A stretch of DNA of 64,000 bases from Haliotis rubra. Its lineage: Eukaryota. The notes under the pieces are model-generated. The model did not search any database, was not told the DNA's origin, and worked only from the letters and a program-made list of their open reading frames with translations. Made by a program: the position numbers and the translations under genes. Positions 25,006 through 35,997 of the stretch are shown here, piece after piece. The stretch's first letter is position 1, and every line of letters starts with the position of its first letter. Location: NCBI RefSeq assembly GCF_003918875.1, contig NW_025767379.1, forward strand, positions 2,108,001-2,172,000, in the 5' to 3' direction.

Positions 25006-28000
25006 CTGAAACAAACAATGGAAGAATAAATACACTGGGATTCCACACTGTGAGACAAACTTGAGAACATGTTCAAGTTTTGTGACTTATCACCATGTGT
25101 GTGCATGTATAACTACAGTTTGAACAATGTTTCTGTATGACTTGTGGAAAGCCTGATGGTTTTGTATGTTGGTGGTGAAACCAAACCAAGAAACAACCCC
25201 AGGCACAAGTGCTACATGGTCAGAATAGGCTGAAAGACACTTACTTGTCCAGGATCAGTATCAGTCAGGGTCGGGCAAGCGTCAGGATCAGTCAGGGTCG
25301 GGCAAGAGTCAGGTTCAGTCATGTTCAGGGCAAGAGTCAGGATCAGTCAGGGTCGAGGCAAGAGTCAGGATCAGTCAGGGTCGGGCAAGAGTCAGAATCA
25401 GTCAGGTTTAGGGCAAGAGTCAGGATCAGTCAGGTTCAGGGCAAGAGTCAGGATCAGTCAGGTTCAGGGCAAGAGTCAGGTTCAGTCAGGTTCAGGGCAA
25501 GAGTCAGGATCAGTCAGGTTCAAGCCAAGAGTCAGGATCAGTCAGGTTCAGGGCAAGAGTCAGGATCAGTCAGGGTCGAGCAAGAGTCAGGATCAGTCAG
25601 GTTCAGGGCAAGAGTCAGGATCAGTCAGGGTCAGGCAGGAGTCAGGATCAGTCAGGGTCGGGCAAGAGTCAGAATCAGTCAGGTTTAGGGCAAGAGTCAG
25701 GATCAGTCAGGTTCAGGGCAAGAGTCAGGATCAGTCAGGTTCAGGGCAAGAGTCAGGATCAGTCAGGGTCGAGCAAGAGTCAGGATCAGTCAGGGTCAGG
25801 GCAACAGTCAGGATCGGTCAGGGTCAGGATCAGTCAGGGTCTATATCAGTCAGGTTCAGCTCTGCATGTGCATTCCTATATAAGATAATGATCTTCCCAT
25901 CAAGTTGTGCATGCTCCTGGTGACTGTGAACTTACCACCTTCACTGAGGTCATGATTGTCCCATATCTTGAGGTGGAAGTCATACTTTTTAGTGTCCACT
26001 GAGCCTGTTCGGATAGCCTTGAAGGATATCTCCTCTCCATCAGTACAGAAATCTTTTGGAGATGCCTCAGAACATTTCACACTCTACAACAGATACACAT
26101 CCGACTCAGTCCCTTCCCTGGGCATTCATACCTATATCATCTGTGGACATGTGTACCAATATCATCTGTCCCTGGGACATACATATCTATATCATCTGTC
26201 CCTGGGACATACATATCTATATCATCTGTCCCTGGGACAAACACACCTATATCATCCGTCCCTGGGACATACATACCTATATCATCCGTCCCTGGGACAT
26301 ACATACCTATATCATCCGTCCCTGGGACATTCATACCTATATCATCTGTCCCTGGGACATTCATACCTATATCATCTGTCCCTGGGACATACATACCTAT
26401 ATCATCTGTCCCTGGGACATTCATATCTATATCATCTGTCCCTGGGACATATATACCTATATCAACTGTCCTTGGGACATTCATACCTATATCATCTGTC
26501 CCTGGGACATACATATCTATATCATCTGTCCCTGGGACATATATACCTATATCAACTGTCCCTGGGACATACATACCTATATCATCCGTCCCTGGGACAT
26601 TCATACCTATATCATCTGTCCCTGGGACATTCATACCTATATCATCTGTCCCTGGGACGTACATACCTATATCATCCGTCCCTGGGACATACATACCTAT
26701 ATCATCTGTCCCTGGGACATTCATACCTATATCATCTGTCCCTGGGGCATTCATACCTATATCATCTGTCCCTGGGACATTCATATCTATATCATCTGTC
26801 CCTGGGACATTCATATCTATATCATCCGTCCCTGGGACATTCATATCTATATCATCCGTCCCTGGGACATTCATACCTATATCATCTGTCCCTGGGACAT
26901 TCATACCTTTATCATCTGTCCCTGGGACATTCATACCTATATCATCTGTCCCTGGGACATTCATACCTATATCATCTGTCCCTGGGACATTCATACCTAT
27001 ATCATCTGTCCCTGGGACATATATACCTATATCAACTGTCCTTGGGACATTCATACCTATATCATCTGTCCCTGGGACATACATATCTATATCATCTGTC
27101 CCTGGGACATATATACCTATATCAACTGTCCCTGGGACATTCATACCTATATCATCTGTCCCTGGGACATGCATACCTATATCATCTGTCCCTGGGACAT
27201 ATATACCTATATCATCTGTCCCTGGGACATACATATCTATATCATCTGTCCCTGGGACATACATACCTATATCAACTGTCCCTGGGACATACATATCTAT
27301 ATCATCTGTCCCTGGGACATACATACCTATATCAACTGTCCCTGGGACATACATACCTATATCATCTGTCCCTGGGACATACATACCTATATCAACTGTC
27401 CCTGGGACATACATATCTATATCATCTGTCCCTGGGACATACATATCTTTATATCACAGCATCATTAATTGATGCCAGTCGACCAAAAAGGGTGGTCAAA
27501 CATGCCACAACATAAGCTCTGTTGACCTTGAGTAAACTGCCCTAAGACCAGCACCCAATGCATTACCTTTATGAGATCCCCTCCATCAGGAGACCCATGG
27601 TACATAAACAGTTCGAATGATGAGCATGAGTTCTCCCTGGGCCACTCCTCAAACGTCACACAGATCTCGGCCTTTGTGCTGTCGTCCACGTCACGATATC
27701 CGAATGTTTTAACACAGCTGGTGGCATCATCGGTATCGAGTAGCTTCACATGCAGCCGGCTGTTCTTCAGGTAGTGCTTGGTGCCACAATTATTAAACAT
27801 GAAGACTGCAAAAGTATGTTTCCACAATTATTCTTCTGAAAGCTGCAAATGTTTATGAGAGAGAGAGAGAGAGGGCACACACACGTGTACGCTATTAAAC
27901 TACTGCAATAATCTTTAAAAATACTTAACCTCATCTATTCCAGTAANNNNNNNNNNNNNNNNNNNNNNNNNNNNNNNNNNNNNNNNNNNNNNNNNNNNNN

Positions 28001-31000
28001 NNNNNNNNNNNNNNNNNNNNNNNNNNNNNNNNNNNNNNNNNNNNNNNNNNNNNNNNNNNNNNNNNNNNNNNNNNNNNNNNNNNNNNNNNNNNNNNNNNNN
28101 NNNNNNNNNNNNNNNNNNNNNNNNNNNNNNNNNNNNNNNNNNNNNNNNNNNNNNNNNNNNAGAGAGGAGCAGCCATCATGGCTACAAGCTGATTACAAAG
28201 ATATAATCATGTTATGATGTTAATGTTCATGGCTGTTTGATTAAGCATGAATCTACAGAAACAACAGAATGTCCAAGACAAGACCAAATCATTATGAGTA
28301 CCAGATATTTCTGACATGTTTCCATGTAAAATACTTCAAGCAAACATGTTGACAACAATGAGAACAATGCTGTACCAAATCTGTTCTGACTGGTAATTCT
28401 GGAGACATCCATGAGGAAGTTAACATCCTGTATACTGGCATCTGGCTGGGTGGTCTCAAGAACGATCTTCACATTCGTAGCCTCCCTCGAACACCACTCA
28501 GTTGTGTCTGTGTTACAGTCTAGGATCTAGAACACATACATTGTTACAGTCCAGGATCTAGAACACATACATTGTTACAGTCTAGGATCTAGAACACATA
28601 CATTGTTACAGTCCAGGATCTAGAACACATACATTGTTACAGTCTAGGATCTAGAACACATACATTGTTACAGTCTAGGATCTAGAACACATACATTAAA
28701 CAAATCCAGAAGACAGGAAATGGTTTCATCAAAGTTTTTGCTACAGCAGTTACAAGGGTTGCATAACTTATGACACTGAGTATACATTCTATCCATACCT
28801 ACAATCTGGCGCTTCGTCTGTATTGACAATGGTAGCACAACTTGTGACACTGAGTATACATGCTATCCATACCTACAATCTGGCGCTTCGTCTGTATTGA
28901 CAATAGTTGCACAACTTGTGACACTGAGTATACATTCTATCCATACCTACAATCTGGCTCTTAGTCTGTATTGACAATGGTTGCACAACTTGTCACACTG
29001 AGTATACATTCTATCCATACCTACAATCACGCACTTCGTCTGTACTGACAATGGTTGCACAATTTGTGACACTGAGTATACATTCTATCCATACCTACAA
29101 TCTGGCGCTTAGTCTGTATTGACAATGGTTGCACAATTGTCACACTGAGTATACATTCTATCCATACCTACAATCGACTCTGGCTTCTCTGTAGTGACAA
29201 TGGTTGCACAACTTGTCATTCTATCCATACCTACAATCTGGCACTTAGTCTGTACCATACCTGACAATGGTTTGCACAACACTGAGTATACATTCTATCC
29301 ATACCTACAATCTGGCTTAGTCCTGTAGTGACAATGGTTGCACAACTTATGACACTGAGTATACATTCTATCCATACCTACAATCTGGCACATTGTCTGT
29401 ACTGACAATGGTTGCACAACTTGTGACACTGAGTATACATTCTATCCATGGTTGCCTACAATCTCTGCTTGTAGTCTGTACTGACAATGGTTGCACAATT
29501 TTATGACACTGTGAATACATTCTATCCATACCTGACTTTGTATACAATGGTTGCACAAATCCATACACTGAGTATACATTCTATCCATACTTACCCTGTC
29601 TGCAGTGTAGTCTGTACTGACAATGGTTGCACAATTTGTGACACTGAGTATACATTCTATCCATACCTACAATCTGGCACTTCGTCTGTAGTGACAATGG
29701 TTGCACAACTTGTGACACTGAGTATACATTCTATCCATACCTACACACAATGGTTGCACAACTTGTGACACTGAGTATACATTCTATCCATACCTACAAT
29801 CTGTCTGCGGCTGTAGTGACAATGGTTGCACAACTTGTGACACTGAGTATACATTCTATCCATACCTACAATCTGGCACTTCTGGCACTTAGTCTGTAGT
29901 GACAATGGTTGCACAACTTGTGACACTGAGTATACATTCTATCCATACCTACAATCTGGCGCTTCGTCTGTACTGACAATGGTTGCACAACTTGTGACAC
30001 TGAGTATACATTCTATCCATACCTACAATCTGGCGCTTAGTCTGTAGTGACAATGGTTGCACAACTTGTGACACTGAGTATACATTCTATCCATACCTAC
30101 AATCTGGCGCTTCGTCTGTAGTGACAATGGTTGCACAACTTGTGACACTGAGTATACATTCTATCCATACCTACAATCTGGCGCTTCAGTCTGTATTGAC
30201 AATGGTTGCACAACTTGTGACACTGAGTATACATTCTATCCATACCTACAATCTGGCACTTAGTCTGTACTGACAATGGTTGCACAACTTGTGACACTGA
30301 GTATACATTCTATCCATACCTACAATCTGGCGCTTCGTCTGTAGTGACAATGGTTGCACAACTTGTGACACTGAGTATACATCCATACCTATCCATGGTT
30401 ACACTGAGTATACATTCATCCATACCTACAATCACGCACTTCGTCTGTACTGACAATGGTTGCACAATTTGTGACACTGAGTATACATTCTATCCATACC
30501 TACAATCTGGCGCTTAGTCTGTAGTGACAATGGTTGCACAACTTGTGACACTGAGTATACATTCTATCCATACCTACAATCTGACAATGGTTGCACAACT
30601 TGTGTAACTGAGCATACTTCTATCCATACCTACTGAGCATACATTCTATCCATGGTTGCACAATGTGACAATGGTTGCACAACTTTGGACACTGAGTATA
30701 CATTCTATCCATACCTACAATCTGGCACTTCGTCTGTACTGACAATGGTTGCACAACTTGTGACACTGAGTATACATTCTATCCATACCTACAATCTGGC
30801 GCTTCGTCTGTACTGACAATGGTTGCACAACTTGGTTGCACAACTTGTGACACTGAGTATACATTCTATCCATACCTACAATCTGGCAATGGTTCTGTAC
30901 ACTGACAATGGTTGCACAACTTTGTGACACTGAGTATACATTCTATCCATACCTACAATCTGGCTTGAGTATACATTCTATCCATACCTACAATCTGGCG

Positions 31001-32349
31001 CTTCGTCTGTAGTGACAATGGTTGCACAATTTGTGACACTGAGTATACATTCTATCCATACTTACCCTGTCTGCAGTGTAGTCTGTTGTGACAGGGACAT
31101 ACGTCAGAGAGGTATCGAAGGTGTAATACTTAAGACGCAGCGAACAACGGTGGAAGTGGACAATATGTTCGTTGATACAGACGACCTGAGAGCCTGATAT
31201 GAAAGCTTGGAAACATGGGAAGTAACCGGTCAGATTCTTGTCAGGCTTGCTGCGGTCAAGATACTCCACGTGGAACACGTCCTCATCGTTCAGGTGCACC
31301 TTGTAGCTGCAGGATTCCTTCGAGTCCATGTACACTAGGAGGAAACAAGGCATCCTGTGTAATACAGGGTATAATATCCCCATTCCAGGATATTAACTAC
31401 TCTGGGCTTATCCACTAACAAATAGGGTGAAACGGTACGCTGTTACCACGGTACAGTACCCATTGTGGTACAAGGCCTACGGTTTGGTCCGTTTCGGTTC
31501 ACTACATGAGAACTTACTTTCGGGAAAATAGTGGCCGTCTAGCAAAGAAATGCATAGATTTTGACAAAGTGATTTGATTTCTAGACATTTTAGGGACCGT
31601 TCATTATGATGATTTTAAGGGTTAGAGGTGGGGGTGTTTGTTTTCACCCATTTTGTTCTGGGGAGCTAGGGTGGGTCATCAATTTTGTACACACGCACTA
31701 CTAAGGGGGGGGGGTAAAAAAATTATGCTTAGAAATTATGGGAAGGGAAGGGGGGTTCATTGATTTTGTACATGACATGCAGGGGGTGTGTTCACTTATT
31801 TTGTACATAAATTTTTTCTCCATAAAAATCATCATCACCTCACCCCCTAGCTATAAATTATGAACGGTCCCTTAGAAAAGGTTTAAAAAGGTTACTAAAA
31901 TGATGGTACGAAAACTGAATATACTGAATTTTTAGATTGCATTTAGAAGATAAAGCTACTCTGTATTCAATTTTGCGGTCTTTTATCGTTGATTTAAGAA
32001 TGCTGAATGTAATTAAAAACCGAACAACAGGTTTGTGAAAAAGGCTCACACATTCTACGCCCTTTATTGTAACTTAGGCAGGAATCCAAGTTGTTTCATA
32101 TACTAAGGGCAACATGATACATGGTACATGATACATGATACAAGTAAGGAGTCACCAGAAACAGCTACTAACCACTACACAGACAGCAACCATCACATTT
32201 CTCTACTTCAAGGCCACAAATTAATAGTTAATGTCTTCCTACAGAAACAAGACACGTAACACACCAGTAGTTGTCTTTCCCTGAACGCTGCCCGACTGCA
32301 GAACCACTACACAGACAGCAAACATCCACAGATTCCCGCTACCAGCCAT
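24836..32349 (-). CDS. Uncharacterised type-I membrane protein: signal peptide, 2 tandem divergent CUB-like Cys domains, TM helix, short tail (353 aa, 6 coding exons)
   Basis: Exons 32349-32265, 31334-31066, 28526-28376, 27805-27567, 26083-25936, 25005-24836 join in frame (1062 nt; intron phases 1,0,1,0,1). Each ~130-aa domain is split over two exons and has a similar Cys spacing. The CUB-like label is an inference from pattern, not from a search. Confidence 0.82.
25250..25858. repeat. 27/28-bp minisatellite (about 22 units)
   Basis: gggcaagagtcaggatcagtcaggttca / ...cagggtc. Confidence 0.92.
25936..26083 (-). CDS. Gene 2 exon 5: second part of domain 2
   Basis: ttgtag|AGT GTG AAA TGT...G|gtaagt; SVKCSEASPKDFCTDGEEISF...YDFHLKIW. 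Confidence 0.85.
26128..27450. repeat. 30-bp minisatellite (about 43 units), intronic
   Basis: atcatctgtccctgggacatacatacctat; each unit holds the palindrome TGTCCC-T-GGGACA. Confidence 0.97.
27567..27805 (-). CDS. Gene 2 exon 4: first part of domain 2
   Basis: tttgcag|TC TTC ATG...AAG|gtaatg; FMFNNCGTKHY...EICVTFEEW...CSSFELFMYHG. Confidence 0.85.
27947..28160. other. Assembly gap (N) in gene 2 intron 3
   Basis: Run of N. Confidence 0.99.
28376..28526 (-). CDS. Gene 2 exon 3: second part of domain 1
   Basis: gttctag|ATC CTA GAC TGT...; ILDCNTDTTEWCSREATNVKIVLET...QNRF. Confidence 0.8.
28511..28695 (-). repeat. 31-bp x6 tandem repeat spanning the gene 2 exon-3 acceptor
   Basis: - strand unit aatgtatgtgttctag|ATCCT(A/G)GACTGTAAC. 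Confidence 0.92.
28757..31065. repeat. 74-bp minisatellite (about 30 units) starting at the gene 2 exon-2 donor
   Basis: tacaatctggcgcttcgtctgtactgacaatggttgcacaacttgtgacactgagtatacattctatccatacc; period checked at 29951/30025. Confidence 0.95.
31066..31334 (-). CDS. Gene 2 exon 2: first part of domain 1
   Basis: cctcctag|TG TAC ATG...GAC AGG|gtaagt; VYMDSKESCSYKVHL...TDYTADR. Confidence 0.85.
31593..31871. mobile_element. PIF/Harbinger-type MITE
   Basis: TIR GGGACCGTTCAT, TSD TTA. Confidence 0.85.
32265..32349 (-). CDS. Gene 2 exon 1: signal peptide MAGSGNLWMFAVCVVVLQSGSVQG
   Basis: Acceptor tttcag upstream (exon begins at 32397), AAGATGG start, donor ACTG|gtgtgt. Confidence 0.75.
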
Positions 32350-34363
32350 CTTGTACTGTTGTACAAGTACATCAACATGTGCCACTGTGTGTCAGACCTG
32401 AAACTAAAGCATGAAACTCGTGGACATCGATAAGTAAAATCGTAACACAAGATACTTGCCTCCCAGATGATCCTATCCTGCAAATACTACTCTCAGCCCC
32501 TGAGCTTTGCTACTTAGAATTCTGTTCATCTTGATCAGTGAGTGAATACGGTTTAGTAATGCCCTAGCAAAGTTCCATCAACAGTTGTGGTTAAAGCGTT
32601 CGCTCGTCACGCTGAAGACCTGGGTTCGATCCCTACATAGGTAAAATGTGTAAATAAATAATTAAATAAATAAATTCAACAAAGGTAGAAAAGGCACCAG
32701 TTAAATACATGGATGTGGATAGGGGTTGGGGGTGTATACATTATGTTTAGATGATATGTTGAAGTGTTTATGAGTTCTTCTCTGGGAACGAAACGTGCAT
32801 GTTAGATGGAATGATGTGGCTGTTTATTTCCACGTGAAAACATGTTCAGCTGGGGGATAATAACAAACCAACACACATTGTTTACATTTAATACGGTATC
32901 TGTCCTGCCTCCTCTGCATTCCCGTCATAGTTGCACCCGATCTGCATCAATGTTGATTTCGAGATACTGACACTTGACACAAAAAGATAATGACGTTTAG
33001 AATGTAAATACTACCCACAGGTTACATACAGTAATAGGTTTCTCAAGTTCTATACAAGGGCAAAGTTTCAAGATTCACATAGTTTCAGTGGAACGTCCAC
33101 ACACCTGTACACAGAAGCAGCCTCAGCGATCGAACCGTAAAACTGTTGAATAAGGAAAGGTGTTTATGGCCTTCGCGTGGACAACTATTTTGGAAAGGCG
33201 TTGGTTAGATATAGTTCTGAAACAGTCAACTGGCCTACCTTTCTATCCTCGGCTCTGTTCCTCCTCGCCCACATTCGGGGTGATCAAGTTTGTTATTGAC
33301 GGTTCAGCTGGCAGTCACACAAGACTGGTCTTTGCGCTGTGGGTACACTTGCACTCTATTAGTAGACGGGACCGACCAAGAGGCTATTTTTAACCTGTGT
33401 GGGGGTTGGGGTCAGGGTGGGAGAGCGCTCAAGCTGGACGAACATTGTTCAAGATAACTTTGATGCAAGACATTTACACAATATCATGTGTAAACATCGC
33501 AAACAAATGCACAATCATTACTTTTCCGAAAAAATGTGTTTAAAAAAATATGAAAATATTGTTTTCATTTCATTGCCGTGTTCACACCTACACCCTTTAC
33601 AAACTGTTGAACACTGTACATGTACTGTACTTCCACACTAAATGTGAATATTATAGTGCTACATAACTGAGGTAAACTTTATAACAAAAGTGTTTAAAAA
33701 TACTAGAACTGAACACCTACCAATTAAGCCAAAAATATATATGTTTCGAACAATTGTTTAAGACGGCCAGAAATGTATGTACCTGGAGTGCTATTGGGTC
33801 TCCCTGGGGCTCCTTTTCAATTTAAATGAGTATTAAGAGCGCCTTAAGCGAACTTCAGATGACAAGTATTTATTACTATATCCCCAAACACTTGCCCACA
33901 TGTCTGAAAGGAATCTCCCTATTACCTTGAGCCGTTAGGGAAATACTTAGTCTGTCTTACAGTCCCTGAACCACATTTTTGCCCCTGATGCCTAGCCCTC
34001 CCTCAATGCTAAAGCCCTAAATGAAGCAAGTCTAGATTTCCCCAGGTTCAGGCACTAGGGCTCCTTTTCAATTTAAATGGGTTTATTTGTTACTATCACA
34101 ATTATGGATATTCAGGGACTAAGCGCTAGTCTGGGGAAACACACTGATGTTTTAACAAGTAATGAGGGGATGCCTATTTCCTTATTATCAGTAACTAACC
34201 TAACTAACAGGATTCGGGGTCTATTTAGAGGATATTTAGGGCTCAGTAGTGTGGTACCTGGGTTGCTCACCATAATGAAGTCAACATTTCAAGAGAATGA
34301 TGGCAGTGGAAATAATATTACGTCATCCTATATCATCCTGTCACACAACGACAAACAATGTTA

Positions 34364-34702
34364 GGGACCGTTCATAATTTATAGCTTTGGGGGTGGTGGG
34401 GTGGGTGTTTAGAGGGGGGAGATGACGATTTTGAGGAGGGGTGACCCATTTTGTTCTGGGGAGGTAGGGGGTTCATCAATTTGTACAGATGTACTTGGGG
34501 GCATCAATTTTGTACATTATAAATATTTAAATAATATGCTTACAAATATGGGAAGGGGGGGGTGATTGATTTTGTACATGACATGCGGTGGGGAGGGTCA
34601 CTTAATTTGCACATAAATTTTAGGGGGGGGGACTCACATTGTACATGCTTCTCCCAAAAAATCATTATCACCACCCCCTAGCCATAAATTATGAACGGTC
34701 CC
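34364..34702. mobile_element. PIF/Harbinger-type MITE (same family)
   Basis: TIR GGGACCGTTCATAATTTAT, TSD TTA. Confidence 0.88.
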
Positions 34703-34950
34703 TTATTTGAACAGAATGTTACATGAACAGAAACACATTCAGAAGAAATTATTGTTTTGTTGGCTGAGGTCGGCTGTCGCCGGCGAGGGCGGGCCAGGCA
34801 GCATTCCACATGTACGTTGTTTTAGATCAACCTTCTGTTAGGAAATATATCTTATTTAAGTTATGACTGTAAACTTACAGGAATATCCCCAGGGTAAGTT
34901 CAATGTAGGTAAGGCATTATAAGTGACCACACTATACCTGTGATTTATGA

Positions 34951-35193
34951 ACCCGTGAAGATCTGGGTCAGAATTAGTCTTCAGCAACCCACGCTTGTCG
35001 TAAGAGGTGAATAACGGGATCAGGTGGTCAGGCTGGCTGACTTGGGTGACATATATCATCGTATCCCAATTGTGCAGATCGATTGCCATGCTGTTGATCA
35101 CTGGAATGTTTGGTCCAGACGTGATTATTTACAGACCACCACCACACTGGAATATTGCTGAGTGTGGAGTTAGAAAAACCCAAACATACAAAC
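34951..35193 (+). mobile_element. SINE-like family B
   Basis: acccgtgaagatctgggtcagaattagtcttcagcaacccacgcttgtcgtaagagg... Confidence 0.85.
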
Positions 35194-35997
35194 CTTGATT
35201 TTATTTATGTTTCACATACGAAACACTCTCCATCTGTGAGCCAATGACCCCTTACGCAATTCTACCAAGCCGGGCTGACGTAAAGGGTGACCCGAGTGCA
35301 GAAACACAGTGCTGAGAGTTTCAGCTTCACGTCGGCATGTACATGCTCAGTCCATTGTGAGGTAATGGCCAGTTACGCAATATACCAACTTAAGTGATTG
35401 AGTCATGTAACTGAGGCTCAATCATCTATGGTTACAACCAATAAACCACTGAACCTTGAATGTTCTGAAAGGTACAGAAATCTTTAATAGGCGGTGCAGT
35501 AGATTAGTGGTTAAAAAATTCGCTCGTTACGCCAACGATCGGGTTCAATTGCCCGGTACAATGTATGAAGCCCATACCTGTTGCCACTGACGTGATAATG
35601 CCAAAAGCGGCGTAAAGCCCAACTCACTCACTCTTAATCTCTATAGTTTTGTAACTAAAGGAAGGCCTGCACGAGTTATGTGTGTATATATATATCATAA
35701 ATATAAAGTTAAGCGCCAGCCTATTTCAAACTAAGATGTGAAGCTGTGGAAATGTTAGGCTAAAATAATTGGGAAGACCAGTCCATGTTTAGAGAAGGTT
35801 CATCTGGTAACTGATTTAGTGATATCATAATCATCATTTGTATTTACAATTAAAGGACATATACGTGACATCAAATTTCATGAAAAGTGCTTTGCTACAT
35901 GTTTATTTAGGGTTCTTTTTAGAACTTTTATTTTAGGCAAGTTTATGTCATGCACAGTTACTTTTCTCCGTTAGTATGTATGGCTATTGGCGTGAGA

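Noticed and set aside
25209-25923. 159- and 200-aa + strand ORFs
   Set aside because: Translations of the 27/28-bp minisatellite, antisense to gene 2.
25956-27515. 519-, 470- and 435-aa ORFs
   Set aside because: Products of a stop-free 30-bp tandem repeat inside intron 4 of gene 2; no unique coding content.
31337-31415. Longer 5' extension of gene 2 exon 2 from the upstream ttgttag acceptor
   Set aside because: With the required phase 1 it hits TAG at the downstream acceptor; the 31334 start is the one in frame.
33120-33400. GC-richer stretch as an extra exon or promoter of gene 2
   Set aside because: No convincing splice pair or reading frame; cannot be supported without transcripts.
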